Source: Capsulimonadales bacterium (lineage in GTDB: Bacteria > Armatimonadota > Armatimonadia > Armatimonadales > Armatimonadaceae). Taken from it: DNA of 64,000 nt. Below, in pieces: positions 45,247-55,154 of the stretch. The position numbers were made by a program, and so were the translations under genes. The stretch is from assembly GCA_033762295.1 (NCBI GenBank), contig JANRLW010000126.1, positions 1 through 64,000 on the forward strand, given 5' to 3'. Below the pieces are notes generated by a model. The model saw only the letters and a list, made by a program, of their open reading frames with translations, was not told the DNA's origin and did no database searches. Positions within the stretch are counted from its first letter, which is position 1. Each line of letters opens with the position of its first letter.

Positions 45247-48200
45247 ATGCACTGGATTCATTCTATGAAACAAACATGGCGACGACAGGCACGGAACCGT
45301 TTTATAACGGCAGCCTGCCTTCTCTCCCTGGTGGCGATCGCTTCGCAGTCCAACGCCCAGCGAAGCCTTCCCCCGGATAAACGTCAGTTTCTTCTGAACA
45401 CCACCATCGGTCCGAACGGACGCGTTCTGCCGCGTCGCGCCCGGACGCCGCTGGTTCCGCTTCGGATGAAATACCGCGTCACCAGCCCGTCGGTCTCCGC
45501 GGCCTGGCGAAGCTACCTGAAGAACTATCCCGAGACAAAACCGGACCTCGAGGCGCTCCGCAAAGCGCTTCAGCAGCGGGACAACATGCCGTCCGCCGCG
45601 CTTTCCGGCCGCACTGCCGGGCCGCTCGTGCCGGGCCGGCCCGCACCCCGTCTCGGCGGCAATCGCGGGGACGGCGGGCTCGCTCTCGGTGGCGGATTCA
45701 CCCGGAACGCCGGACGCCAGAATATCGCGACGGCGACCAATCGAACGTGGATCAGCGAAGGTCCGTTCGATGTGACGCCTCCGGCAGACGCCAACCAGCA
45801 AATCTTCTTCGGCAACAAGAAGATCGCGGGTCGTGTCAACGGGATCGCCCATGACAACGCGGGCAACGTTTATGCGGCGACCGCGGGCGGTGGCCTCTGG
45901 AAGTTCAAGCCGAACCCGAACTTCGATCCGGAAACCCCCTGGGACCCTCTGAATCCTCGCCTGCTGATCGATCCGTACAATTCGTCCGATCCCAGCCCGA
46001 AACCGCTTTCCGACTTCACCTTTCCGACGTTGCAGACCAGCAGCGTGGCCGTGGACCCGCGGAACAACCGGGTGATTTATGTGGGAATGGGCGACTACAG
46101 CCTGGCCGGGCGGGATGTCGTCATCGGGAACGGATTGTTCCCGGCGCGTCTGAGCAATAACATCAACTACAGCGTCGGAATGATGAAGACCGTCAACGGC
46201 GGAACGACCTGGTTCAACATCGCCAATGGTCGGCTGAAAGAACCGCGGCGCACAAGCACGACGACGTTGAACCCGGGAACGACGCTCGATTCGATCGATC
46301 CGGCGCTGTCCAACTTCGATGACGAGTACAATTTCGGTCGGATCAAGATCACTTCCGGCGCGCTGAACGGACAGGTTCGGACCATCACGGACTACGTCGG
46401 AAACGCGGGTACCGTCACGGTCGGCGGCGTTCAGTTCATTATCCACCGATTTACCGTCGATGCGGCGTACCCCACGATCCCTGCGCCGCCGGCAGGAACC
46501 ACCGGGTACACCATGGATCTGCAGCCGCCGATCATGGAGGGAACCGCCGTCAGCTCGATCGTCGTCGATCCGGACGATTCTCGTCGTCTGCTGGCCACCA
46601 CCGGTCGGGGCGTCGGGCCCGGTCGAATCTGGGTCTCGACCGATGCGGGCAATAACTGGGAACTGGCCCGCTTCTCCACCGGTCAGCCGTTGCCGATCGG
46701 CGACTACAGCAACGTCGATTACAGCCTCCCGTTCACCGACGGTACGACCAATTTGAGGACGCGCGTCTATTATGCCGCCTCGGTCGGCCAGGGAATCTAC
46801 CGGTCCTTCGACCGGGGAGTAACCTGGGAGCAGATGAACGTTCCGCTGGTCTTCAACGATCCGAACCGGGGCGGCGTCCCGGCGGGCGGCCCGGAACTCG
46901 GGTTGAAGGTCGTCGCCGGACGGAAACAGGGAAATGCCGGTCTTGTCTACGTTTTTGATGCGTCCGGCGGATTCTTCGATGGCCGGGTCCTGAAGAGTCT
47001 CGACGGAAATAACCGGACCGGGGCCGGTTGGACCGATATCACCGGCAACTATCCGCGTCCGGAAGACGCCAACAACTTCGACTTCGCCAACTACGATACC
47101 ACGCTCGGAATCGGTCAGGCGATCGTCAATGTGCTTCAACTGGATGGCGTCGGGAATGTTGTTCCGACCGGGAAGACGGTCACCCAGGAAGTGCTTCTGG
47201 GCGGTCAGCTCTTCATGGGCGCGGCGCTCGGGGCGGTCAGTATCAACAACGGCATCTACGGTAGCACCATATCCGGTGTTCCGAACCTGCGCCTTGACAC
47301 CGGCGTCGGTCAGGACTGGGCGGAAATCGCTCAGGGAGTAACTCACGGCTTCCATCATGCGGTGACGTTCGACAACATCAGCCCGTTCCTTGGCTTTTCG
47401 GCTAACGATGGTGGCCTGTACCAGATCTCCTACCAGCCGGGCGCAATCGTCGTTCCCGCCGCGGACGATCCCGATCAGACCCCGCTGTTCTTCAACGGAG
47501 CCACCTTCGAATACGACATCCTGGACAACGGACAGGAACCCAACCAGGATTTCCGTATCTCCGAAATTTACCGGGCCGATTTCCTGGAAACCGATCCCGG
47601 TACGACTCCGAGCCGGAATGTCGTTCGCATGGTCGGTTCTCTGGTTTCCAACGGGATGGTTCAGGGGACGGCGGACTACACCGGAACGACCCCGAATCGT
47701 TTCTGGTCGTCCCTCTCCTTCGTCTTCGATAATCAGTTCCTCAGCGATACCTTCTTCACCAATCCGACCGATCCGACCCGACTAGATCCGATGCCCATAC
47801 GTTTCGATGCAAACGGTGAGGCGCTGAACGATCCGAACGGAGTCCGGTTCGCCCCGATCCTCGATCCGCCGCTGATCTTCGGCTTTGAGATCGATAACAT
47901 CGTCTTCGATCCGACCGATCCGACCGGTAACACGCAGTACATGATCACTGCCGGCGAACCGTCCACCCCCTGGGGCGACCCGGATAACACCGGCAACTCG
48001 TGGAAATCGATTTTCATGACCCGGGACAACTGGACGAGCTATCAGGACATCACGCCCAACCGGTACCTTTCCGTGTTCTTCGGAGTGGTGGATGCCCCGG
48101 ACCGGGACGGCCCCCTCTTTATCTACAACTCCCTCGAACCGGCCGATACGGCCACGCCGGGGAACTGGACCGGGGAGGGACGTCCTTACGTCGGTATGCC

Positions 48201-49587
48201 GATCGCGTTCGGGTTCACTCCGCAAATTTCGGGAGCGGGCCTTGGAAATCAGTTCATTCCGAACACGGCAACCCCGTTGCCAACCGCCAACGGTCCGGGA
48301 GGTCTGACCAACCAGTACACCGAGACAACCCTCTATACCGGCGGCCAGTTCCTCTGGCGGTTCGATCCGCCCGGCAGTCTGGCGAAGCCGAAATATCCGC
48401 CCGGACCTCTCGGACGGACCGCGAACCCGACGGACGGAAGCCCCCCGTACAACTACTTTGAGCGGGTCTTCCCGAACCTCGATTACGGCGCCTGGCGGCG
48501 GGTCAGCCCGCAGCTGGCGACGGGAACCGATTACATCACGGCCATCGCGATCGAACCGATCCGCGGCAGTGATGCGGAGGCGGTGCTGACCAACAACCGA
48601 ATCTATGTCGGTACGTCGAACGGCTCCGTCTGGATCACTCGGGATGGTACCGACCTGACGCCCGCTTCGGTGCAGGCCGATTACATCGCTACCACGGCCG
48701 CCGAATGGCGACAGATCGCCGGACCCGGGGTCAACGGAAACACGTTGCCCGCCCGCCCTGTGACGTCGATCAGCATCAATACGGACCCGTCGGCGACCAA
48801 CCTCGGTGACATCATCGTCACGCTGGGCGGCGCGCCGAACGTCGCCCGCGTCTGGAGGTCGACCAACACCACCGGCGCCGTGACGCCGATCTTCACCGCG
48901 GTCAGCGGCCAGGGATTCGCCTCCCTTCCGGATGTGCCGGTGAACGGTCTCGCTCGCGACCCGGATGACCCGACCAACACGCTCTATGCCGCGACCGATC
49001 TCGGGGTGTTCACCAGCATCGATGGTGGCGCGACCTGGAGCAATGCCACCGCGCCGCTCGGACTGCCGAACGTCGAGTGTACCTCGATCAAGGTCATTCC
49101 CGGTCGCCGGGACACGATCGGAACACGGTCGCCACGGCAACTCTACGTTTCCACGTTCGGACGGGGTATCTACCGGTTCGACCTCAACGATCTGGTGACG
49201 TCGAATTCCCGACCGAACCTGAGGATCACTCAGAACTTCACCCGGAACGGCAACGAGATCATCGTTAACGTGATCGTCACCAACGTCGCCACTCCCGGTC
49301 AGGCGGTCGGAACCGCCTTCGACGTGCGATTGACCGGAGCGACCCTCCAGGCCGACAATAACCCCACTCAGGTTTCGTCGACGTCCTTCTTCGACGGACC
49401 GATCGGCATCGGAACGATCGCGCCGGGCCAGTCTCAGGTGGTGACCATCCGGTTCCCGGCGAGCGTCGGGCGGCCGGGACGGGCAGTGATCTTCCGCGCT
49501 AACGGCTCGCTGACTCTGCCGCCGTTCCCGCCCGGAACGCCCAGCACGTTCAGCAACGGGACCGGTTACCGAACCCGACTTCCGTAG
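45247..49587 (+). CDS. Large secreted BNR/Asp-box beta-propeller protein (GH74/Vps10-like fold) with a C-terminal Ig-like domain
   Basis: Signal peptide; AGRVNGIA...GGGLWK; Asp boxes KTVNGGTTW, STDAGNNW, SFDRGVTW, SIDGGATW; TFGRGIY. Confidence 0.8.
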   Translation: MHWIHSMKQTWRRQARNRFITAACLLSLVAIASQSNAQRSLPPDKRQFLLNTTIGPNGRVLPRRARTPLVPLRMKYRVTSPSVSAAWRSYLKNYPETKPDLEALRKALQQRDNMPSAALSGRTAGPLVPGRPAPRLGGNRGDGGLALGGGFTRNAGRQNIATATNRTWISEGPFDVTPPADANQQIFFGNKKIAGRVNGIAHDNAGNVYAATAGGGLWKFKPNPNFDPETPWDPLNPRLLIDPYNSSDPSPKPLSDFTFPTLQTSSVAVDPRNNRVIYVGMGDYSLAGRDVVIGNGLFPARLSNNINYSVGMMKTVNGGTTWFNIANGRLKEPRRTSTTTLNPGTTLDSIDPALSNFDDEYNFGRIKITSGALNGQVRTITDYVGNAGTVTVGGVQFIIHRFTVDAAYPTIPAPPAGTTGYTMDLQPPIMEGTAVSSIVVDPDDSRRLLATTGRGVGPGRIWVSTDAGNNWELARFSTGQPLPIGDYSNVDYSLPFTDGTTNLRTRVYYAASVGQGIYRSFDRGVTWEQMNVPLVFNDPNRGGVPAGGPELGLKVVAGRKQGNAGLVYVFDASGGFFDGRVLKSLDGNNRTGAGWTDITGNYPRPEDANNFDFANYDTTLGIGQAIVNVLQLDGVGNVVPTGKTVTQEVLLGGQLFMGAALGAVSINNGIYGSTISGVPNLRLDTGVGQDWAEIAQGVTHGFHHAVTFDNISPFLGFSANDGGLYQISYQPGAIVVPAADDPDQTPLFFNGATFEYDILDNGQEPNQDFRISEIYRADFLETDPGTTPSRNVVRMVGSLVSNGMVQGTADYTGTTPNRFWSSLSFVFDNQFLSDTFFTNPTDPTRLDPMPIRFDANGEALNDPNGVRFAPILDPPLIFGFEIDNIVFDPTDPTGNTQYMITAGEPSTPWGDPDNTGNSWKSIFMTRDNWTSYQDITPNRYLSVFFGVVDAPDRDGPLFIYNSLEPADTATPGNWTGEGRPYVGMPIAFGFTPQISGAGLGNQFIPNTATPLPTANGPGGLTNQYTETTLYTGGQFLWRFDPPGSLAKPKYPPGPLGRTANPTDGSPPYNYFERVFPNLDYGAWRRVSPQLATGTDYITAIAIEPIRGSDAEAVLTNNRIYVGTSNGSVWITRDGTDLTPASVQADYIATTAAEWRQIAGPGVNGNTLPARPVTSISINTDPSATNLGDIIVTLGGAPNVARVWRSTNTTGAVTPIFTAVSGQGFASLPDVPVNGLARDPDDPTNTLYAATDLGVFTSIDGGATWSNATAPLGLPNVECTSIKVIPGRRDTIGTRSPRQLYVSTFGRGIYRFDLNDLVTSNSRPNLRITQNFTRNGNEIIVNVIVTNVATPGQAVGTAFDVRLTGATLQADNNPTQVSSTSFFDGPIGIGTIAPGQSQVVTIRFPASVGRPGRAVIFRANGSLTLPPFPPGTPSTFSNGTGYRTRLP

Positions 49588-49608
49588 TCCGTTCGTTTGA
49601 ACCGACAG

Positions 49609-49642
49609 ACGCCCCGGAGCATGGCTCCGGGGCGTTTTTTTT
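49609..49642 (+). terminator. Rho-independent terminator
   Basis: ACGCCCCGGAGC/GCTCCGGGGCGT stem followed by a T run. Confidence 0.9.
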
Positions 49643-49681
49643 GGGAATGGGGTAACCGGCAATACGATATAATAAACGGCT

Positions 49682-50827
49682 ATGAACGGAAACCGCCGGA
49701 AAATCGTGGTCGCAATGAGCGGGGGCGTCGATTCCTCCGTCGCTGCGGCGCTTCTAAAGGACCAGGGTCATGAGGTCATCGGAGTGACCCTTCAAATCTG
49801 GCAGGAAAGCACCAAAGATACCCGTGGAGCCGGGTGCTGCTCCCTGGGGGCGGTCGAGGACGCCCGCCGGGTAGCGACTCGGATCGGCATCCCGCATTAT
49901 GTGCTCAATTACCGAGAACCGTTCCACGACCGGGTGATTGCGCCCTTTGTCGAGGATTATCGTAGGGGCCGAACACCGAACCCCTGCATCAACTGTAACC
50001 GTTACATCAAGTTCGACGCCTTGATGGAAAAGACGCTGGCCCTTGGAGCCGATTATCTGGCGACCGGTCATTACGCCCGCGTATTCCACGATCCGGAAAC
50101 CGATCGTTTCGTTCTGGCCCGCGCGGGAAACCGGGAGAAGGATCAGACATACGCCCTGTACGCCACCCGGCAGAGCGAGTTGAGGCATATGCATATGCCT
50201 CTGGGCGATGTGCTTTCCAAAGAGGAGACGCGTGAGATCGCCCGCCGTTACGGACTGGCGGTCGCTTCCAAGCCGGATTCTCAGGAGATCTGTTTTGTCC
50301 AGAACGGCGACTACACGGATTTCCTTCGGAACACGGCGCCGGAAATGGCGACGGCCGGGAACATCGTCGATTCCTCCGGGAAGGTGCGGGGAACGCATTC
50401 CGGGGTCGCGTTCTATACGATCGGTCAGCGAAAAAGGATCAATGTCGGATCGCCGATCCCGCTGTATGTCCTTTCGGTGGATCCGTCCACGAACACCGTA
50501 CTCGTGGGAAGCGACCAGGAATTGTACGCCGACGGTTGCCGTGCGGAGGACCTGACCTGGGTCGCGATGGCCGAGCCGCCGGTCGGGGTTCGGGTTCCCT
50601 GCCAGGTTAAAATCCGTTACAATATGCCGGCGGCACCGGCAGTGCTGGAACGCCTGCCGGATGACACCGTTCAGGTACAATTCGAACGTCCGCTACGCGC
50701 GGTGACCCCCGGTCAGGCGGCGGTTTTTTACGGTGTCGGCGACCGGGAGGATTGGGTTCTCGGAGGCGGGACCATCGTCGGTTCGGTCGGTTCGGGGGAA
50801 CCCGGTAGCGAAGAGAGGATGCGTTGA
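49682..50827 (+). CDS. mnmA: tRNA 2-thiouridine(34) synthase
   Basis: [45 protein letters not shown]. Confidence 0.96.
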   Translation: MNGNRRKIVVAMSGGVDSSVAAALLKDQGHEVIGVTLQIWQESTKDTRGAGCCSLGAVEDARRVATRIGIPHYVLNYREPFHDRVIAPFVEDYRRGRTPNPCINCNRYIKFDALMEKTLALGADYLATGHYARVFHDPETDRFVLARAGNREKDQTYALYATRQSELRHMHMPLGDVLSKEETREIARRYGLAVASKPDSQEICFVQNGDYTDFLRNTAPEMATAGNIVDSSGKVRGTHSGVAFYTIGQRKRINVGSPIPLYVLSVDPSTNTVLVGSDQELYADGCRAEDLTWVAMAEPPVGVRVPCQVKIRYNMPAAPAVLERLPDDTVQVQFERPLRAVTPGQAAVFYGVGDREDWVLGGGTIVGSVGSGEPGSEERMR

Positions 50828-51165
50828 TGGGCAGCAAGTACGAACTGGAAAACGATGAACCGGTCTGGCAGAATGTGGTTGCCGGAATCCTGATCGGCCT
50901 GGTCGTCGGCGGTGCGGTCGGGCTTTTATTCGCCCCGAAAAGCGGCGCGCGGTTCCGCGCGGACCTGGCCGACGCGGTGGACGATCTGAAAGACAAAGCC
51001 GAGGAGATCGTTGATGTCCTTCAGGATTCGGCGGGCGAACTGATGGTCCGGACCCAGAAGGTGCTCGATGAAACCCGTGAAAATGTCGTTCGGTCGGTGG
51101 AGGCGGGGAAAGAGGCGTACACGCAAACCCGCGACGAGTTGACGGCGCAACTGGAGACCAAATAA
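50827..51165 (+). CDS. YtxH domain-containing protein
   Basis: GILIGLVVGGAVGLLFAPKSG..R followed by a helical acidic region. Confidence 0.85.
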   Translation: MGSKYELENDEPVWQNVVAGILIGLVVGGAVGLLFAPKSGARFRADLADAVDDLKDKAEEIVDVLQDSAGELMVRTQKVLDETRENVVRSVEAGKEAYTQTRDELTAQLETK

Positions 51166-51248
51166 CCTTCAGGGGTTCGGGCAGCGCGAGGGTAGACCCT
51201 GACCGATGCGGGGACGGCTCGGTGGGGAAGGGAGGATCGTTTTCCGGA

Positions 51249-51590
51249 ATGAGTTTGAATATTGCTTCACGAACCGTGGAATCGAAGATCCACATCATTG
51301 ATCCGGAAGGGGAGGTGGATATGTACACCGCTCCCTTGCTTCGCGAAGCGTTGCTGGACGCTTTCGAAGGCGGCGCTCAGCGGATCGTCGTCAATCTCCG
51401 GCGAGTGGATTTTATCGATTCCACGGGTCTGGGCATATTGATCGGCGGTTTACGTCGAATGCGGGAGGGTGGCGGCATGCTGCGACTGTGCGAACCGCAG
51501 CCACGAGTCAGCCGTCTCCTGCATGTCACCGACCTGGATACGGTACTGGATATCTGTATGTCGGAACAGGAAGCGATTGCAGCCGGTTGA
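51249..51590 (+). CDS. STAS domain anti-sigma factor antagonist
   Basis: GEVDMYTAP.LR, VDFIDSTGLG. Confidence 0.9.
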   Translation: MSLNIASRTVESKIHIIDPEGEVDMYTAPLLREALLDAFEGGAQRIVVNLRRVDFIDSTGLGILIGGLRRMREGGGMLRLCEPQPRVSRLLHVTDLDTVLDICMSEQEAIAAG

Positions 51591-51668
51591 CCCTCGCCCC
51601 GGTGGCGGCTCTGTTGACGGTCGGTCCGGCGGGCCGATAGGGACCGGGGAGAGGGCGCACGGAATACA

Positions 51669-53768
51669 ATGTTTCGAAGAGAGAGTATAGTCACCGGATT
51701 TGGTGTCGCGCTCGGAGTAGCGGGATGCCTCCTCTGCCTTTATCTTTCCTGGCGGCTGCTGGGGGCGGTCAGCGCCATCATCGCTCCGTTTATCGGCGCA
51801 CTGGTCCTCGCGCTGATTCTGGATCCGGTCGTCGACCGCCTGGAGGATCGCCTGCCCGGGACGCAGGGGAACCGTCGCCTGTGGGCCGTCGTGATTGTGT
51901 ACCTTGGCCTGTTGTTGCTGCTGGCCGGGTTGCTTGCCTTTATCGTTCCGAATCTGATCGCACAGTCCACCCGCCTAATTACCTTTTTTGCGCCGCTCAG
52001 TTACCGGATCGACCGAACGCGCGAGGACGGCCGTTTTGTGATCGTCGAGCGGGAGTATCCGGGTACGCAGTTTGTCGTCCGCCGTCTGAGAAACGGTCAG
52101 CGATATCGTTTCCGGGTTATCGCTCAGGACTCGGAAGGGAAAAGATATTCGCTTCAGGAGGCGGAGGCGATCCCGCGTTCCGTTTCCGAAACGCGGCAGG
52201 TTTTTCGTTCGAACGGACCGCGGGAAGCGGACAACGAGCGGAACGTCACGGTTCCGGAACCGGACGAGGGAAATTTCGGCGCCGATACGCCGATCCTGCC
52301 GACACCTCGGCCTACACCGACGCCCGCGACGGGCGGCCTTTTCGCGCCATTCACGACTCCGTCGTCCGTTCCTGTTTCCCCGACCGTCACCCCGGAATCG
52401 GAGGTCCTGGCGGAACCGGAGCCGTTTGAAGAACCGGTGGACAGTGATACGGCCACCGGAACGGCGACCCCCGTCGTTTCCGAAGCCGTTGCGGAGGATT
52501 TGTCGCCGGCCGAGAGTCCGTCCCCGGTCGCGGAGGCAACCGCCTCCCCGTCCGTGTCACCGACCCCGGCCCCCCTCGGTGCGCCCTCGCCGACGCTCTC
52601 ACCGATTCCGGCCAGGTCTCCGGTGCCGTCCGCGACCGCAACGCCACGGTCGTTGATTCCGGTCGCCGGGAAAACGCCGTCCCTTTTACCCTCCGCGACA
52701 CCTTCGCCCGTCGCGAAAAACGGTACGAAAACGCCGTCTTCCGCCAGCCGAAAATCGTCCCCTTCCGCCGACGAAGCCGTGACCGGTCGAAATTCGCGAG
52801 ATCGGGTGACGTTGACGGCGAACCCGGCTCCGGTGCCTTCGCCCGGCACGGTGGCGGCGACCCCCGGCGACAGCGCGGTTCGCCTGGTCTGGCGTCCGCC
52901 GGTCACCGCCGCCTCGGGTTTCGATCGGTTACGGACCCAGGCCGATCGCTGGCTGCTGGAACACCGGAGTATCGGGCCGGTCAAACTGCCCCGGAACCTG
53001 GCGGCCATTCAGGCGCAGTATTCGGACCAGCTTTCCCAGGTCGTTCGGCAGGTGACCCAGCGAGCGGCGGATATTGTCGTCGGGTCGGTTTCGGCGGCGA
53101 TGACGGTCATGTTCGCGCTGATTATCGGGTTTTATATGCTGGTCGATTTTGATCGGCTCCGGATGCGATTTTTGTATCTGATGCCCAGCCAGGCGCGGGG
53201 CGGCGTCGTTCGGTCGCTCGGAATGGTCGGTGGCATTTTCGATAAGTATGTTCGGGGAATGGCAACGGTCGCGACCGCTTACGGCCTCGTTTCGATTGTC
53301 GTCTTTTTCGGGATGGGGTCAATCTTCGATATCGGGTTGAAGGGATATGCCTTGCTTCTCGGGGTAATTGCGGGCGTCCTCTATCCCGTTCCGTTCCTCG
53401 GTCCCCTGGTGACGACCGGCGTTATCGGGGCGGTTTCGCTGGCGACGGGCGCCACCCCGGTGCAGGCGATCATCGCGGTCGTGGTCGTGCAGGTTCAGAA
53501 TGCGATCTTCGATAACGGCGTGACCCCGCGTGTCGTCGGGGAAAGCGTCGGTCTCCACCCGCTGGTAACGATCTTCGCGCTGTTTCTCGGAGGAAACCTG
53601 TTCGGGCTGGTCGGTATGCTGCTGGCGGTTCCGGTGGCGGCCAGCATTCAGCGGCTGTTGATCCTGCAGTATCCCCGCCTGGGCGAACCGACCGGTCTGA
53701 GCGTCCGAAATCCGGACCTGGAGGAGCGTTTGCGATCGTCGGCGGAGTCCGCTCCCCCCTCCCCGTAA
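51669..53768 (+). CDS. AI-2E (PerM) family transporter with a large inserted FN3-like/Pro-rich segment
   Basis: PFIGALVLALILDPVV, FYMLVD, YPVPFLGP, PRVVGESVGLHPL...G.LLAVP; ~300-aa insertion. Confidence 0.85.
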   Translation: MFRRESIVTGFGVALGVAGCLLCLYLSWRLLGAVSAIIAPFIGALVLALILDPVVDRLEDRLPGTQGNRRLWAVVIVYLGLLLLLAGLLAFIVPNLIAQSTRLITFFAPLSYRIDRTREDGRFVIVEREYPGTQFVVRRLRNGQRYRFRVIAQDSEGKRYSLQEAEAIPRSVSETRQVFRSNGPREADNERNVTVPEPDEGNFGADTPILPTPRPTPTPATGGLFAPFTTPSSVPVSPTVTPESEVLAEPEPFEEPVDSDTATGTATPVVSEAVAEDLSPAESPSPVAEATASPSVSPTPAPLGAPSPTLSPIPARSPVPSATATPRSLIPVAGKTPSLLPSATPSPVAKNGTKTPSSASRKSSPSADEAVTGRNSRDRVTLTANPAPVPSPGTVAATPGDSAVRLVWRPPVTAASGFDRLRTQADRWLLEHRSIGPVKLPRNLAAIQAQYSDQLSQVVRQVTQRAADIVVGSVSAAMTVMFALIIGFYMLVDFDRLRMRFLYLMPSQARGGVVRSLGMVGGIFDKYVRGMATVATAYGLVSIVVFFGMGSIFDIGLKGYALLLGVIAGVLYPVPFLGPLVTTGVIGAVSLATGATPVQAIIAVVVVQVQNAIFDNGVTPRVVGESVGLHPLVTIFALFLGGNLFGLVGMLLAVPVAASIQRLLILQYPRLGEPTGLSVRNPDLEERLRSSAESAPPSP

Positions 53769-53789
53769 CGGTCCGTGGAAGAACCGGGG

Positions 53790-55109
53790 TTATCCCTCCC
53801 CGGTTCGGGTCACCAGAAGGGCCATCTCATCGGCGGCGACGGCGACCGGCAGATGCAGGTATCCTCCCGGATGCTCGACCCTGCCCGGCGCGAGTTCGTG
53901 GCATCCGATCGGGTCAAACCAGCGCAGGGAAAACGTTCCGGCAGGAAGCCCGACCGCGAAGGTATTGAACACCTGGGAGTGCGCCATATAGATGGCGTAC
54001 CGGTCCCCCCGACGACCCAGAGCGTTCGCCGCGATATCGCCCGAATTGGCGACAAAGATTTCAGGGACGGGTTCCATTTCCCAGACGGCGGCCAGTTCGA
54101 CGAAACGACGCAGAAAACCGAACTGTTTACGCAACAGGGGGCTGCCGAACCCGGGAGTTTTTCCGTAGATCGGACCATCACCGGCGGGGTGCGCGACGTT
54201 AAACGAGTAGTCCAGATGGCTGAAAATGCCGCCTCCGGACATCAGGAAACTCCAGGCTTCCCGTCGATACGGGGTTGCTTTCTGACCGGCGAAACCGGTC
54301 TCATCGTCGGCGAGAACCTTCTTCAGATGATAGTTCGCAGACACGGCTTCCGTCCGCGCATAGTGAAAGTTGAGGATGGTGGCCTGTTCGGGAAACTGTG
54401 TCACGCGTTTGGCGCGATTCTGGATGTTCACCGCGATCAGGTGGGTCGTCGGGAGCGTCACTTCGCAATCGGCGATCACCCCCGCCATGTAGTTCTGAAA
54501 TTCGAAATAATCGGTGTGGTCGTGGCGCGAGTACGGTTCGTTGATCAGTTCGAAATAGACGTTCGGATAGGGGTTCAGTTCGGTAACGATCTTGCGAACG
54601 AACGCTTCCTGGTAGGGCAGTAACGGTCCGTTCACGTTCCAGAACTCCTCACGATCCGCCGGGCCGACGGAAGGCACGGAATTATCGGGATGGAGCGGCG
54701 ACAGCTTCCAGAGGCCGTCGTTATACCAGAAGCAGAAGAGGACCAACTCCACGCAGACCCCGTTCGCCCGGGCGGAGGTCATCACGGCATGAAGGCGTTC
54801 GAAATACTCGTCGTTCCAGCGGTTGAGATCGTACTTGCCCTCTTCCGTCCGCGCCCAGGGCGTACAAAAATCTTCGTCACGGGGGGCGAGCACATTTTCC
54901 TCGATGCCGAATTCGCGGGGCTGTTCCCGGTAGACACCTGAAAAGAGACGGCACTGATTAAGTTCATCGTGACGCAGAGTTTCGAAGTAGGTATTGTAAT
55001 CGAACGCGCGGTTGATCAGCGCACCGTAATGTTCGCCCGATCCGACGAGTACGACCGGATGACCGTCAACCGCGAGATACCGCGGATTCTCCGAATAGAC
55101 GTGCAGCAT
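53790..55109 (-). CDS. Putative glycoside hydrolase (GH5-like TIM barrel with C-terminal beta domain)
   Basis: YDLNRWNDEYFERL, FELINEP acid/base motif, DDETG, WFDP..G C-terminal module. Confidence 0.65.
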   Translation of the reverse strand: MLHVYSENPRYLAVDGHPVVLVGSGEHYGALINRAFDYNTYFETLRHDELNQCRLFSGVYREQPREFGIEENVLAPRDEDFCTPWARTEEGKYDLNRWNDEYFERLHAVMTSARANGVCVELVLFCFWYNDGLWKLSPLHPDNSVPSVGPADREEFWNVNGPLLPYQEAFVRKIVTELNPYPNVYFELINEPYSRHDHTDYFEFQNYMAGVIADCEVTLPTTHLIAVNIQNRAKRVTQFPEQATILNFHYARTEAVSANYHLKKVLADDETGFAGQKATPYRREAWSFLMSGGGIFSHLDYSFNVAHPAGDGPIYGKTPGFGSPLLRKQFGFLRRFVELAAVWEMEPVPEIFVANSGDIAANALGRRGDRYAIYMAHSQVFNTFAVGLPAGTFSLRWFDPIGCHELAPGRVEHPGGYLHLPVAVAADEMALLVTRTGEG

Positions 55110-55154
55110 GAACCGTCCTCCGAAAACAGATTCGTCCTGCCGTCGGGAAATTCC

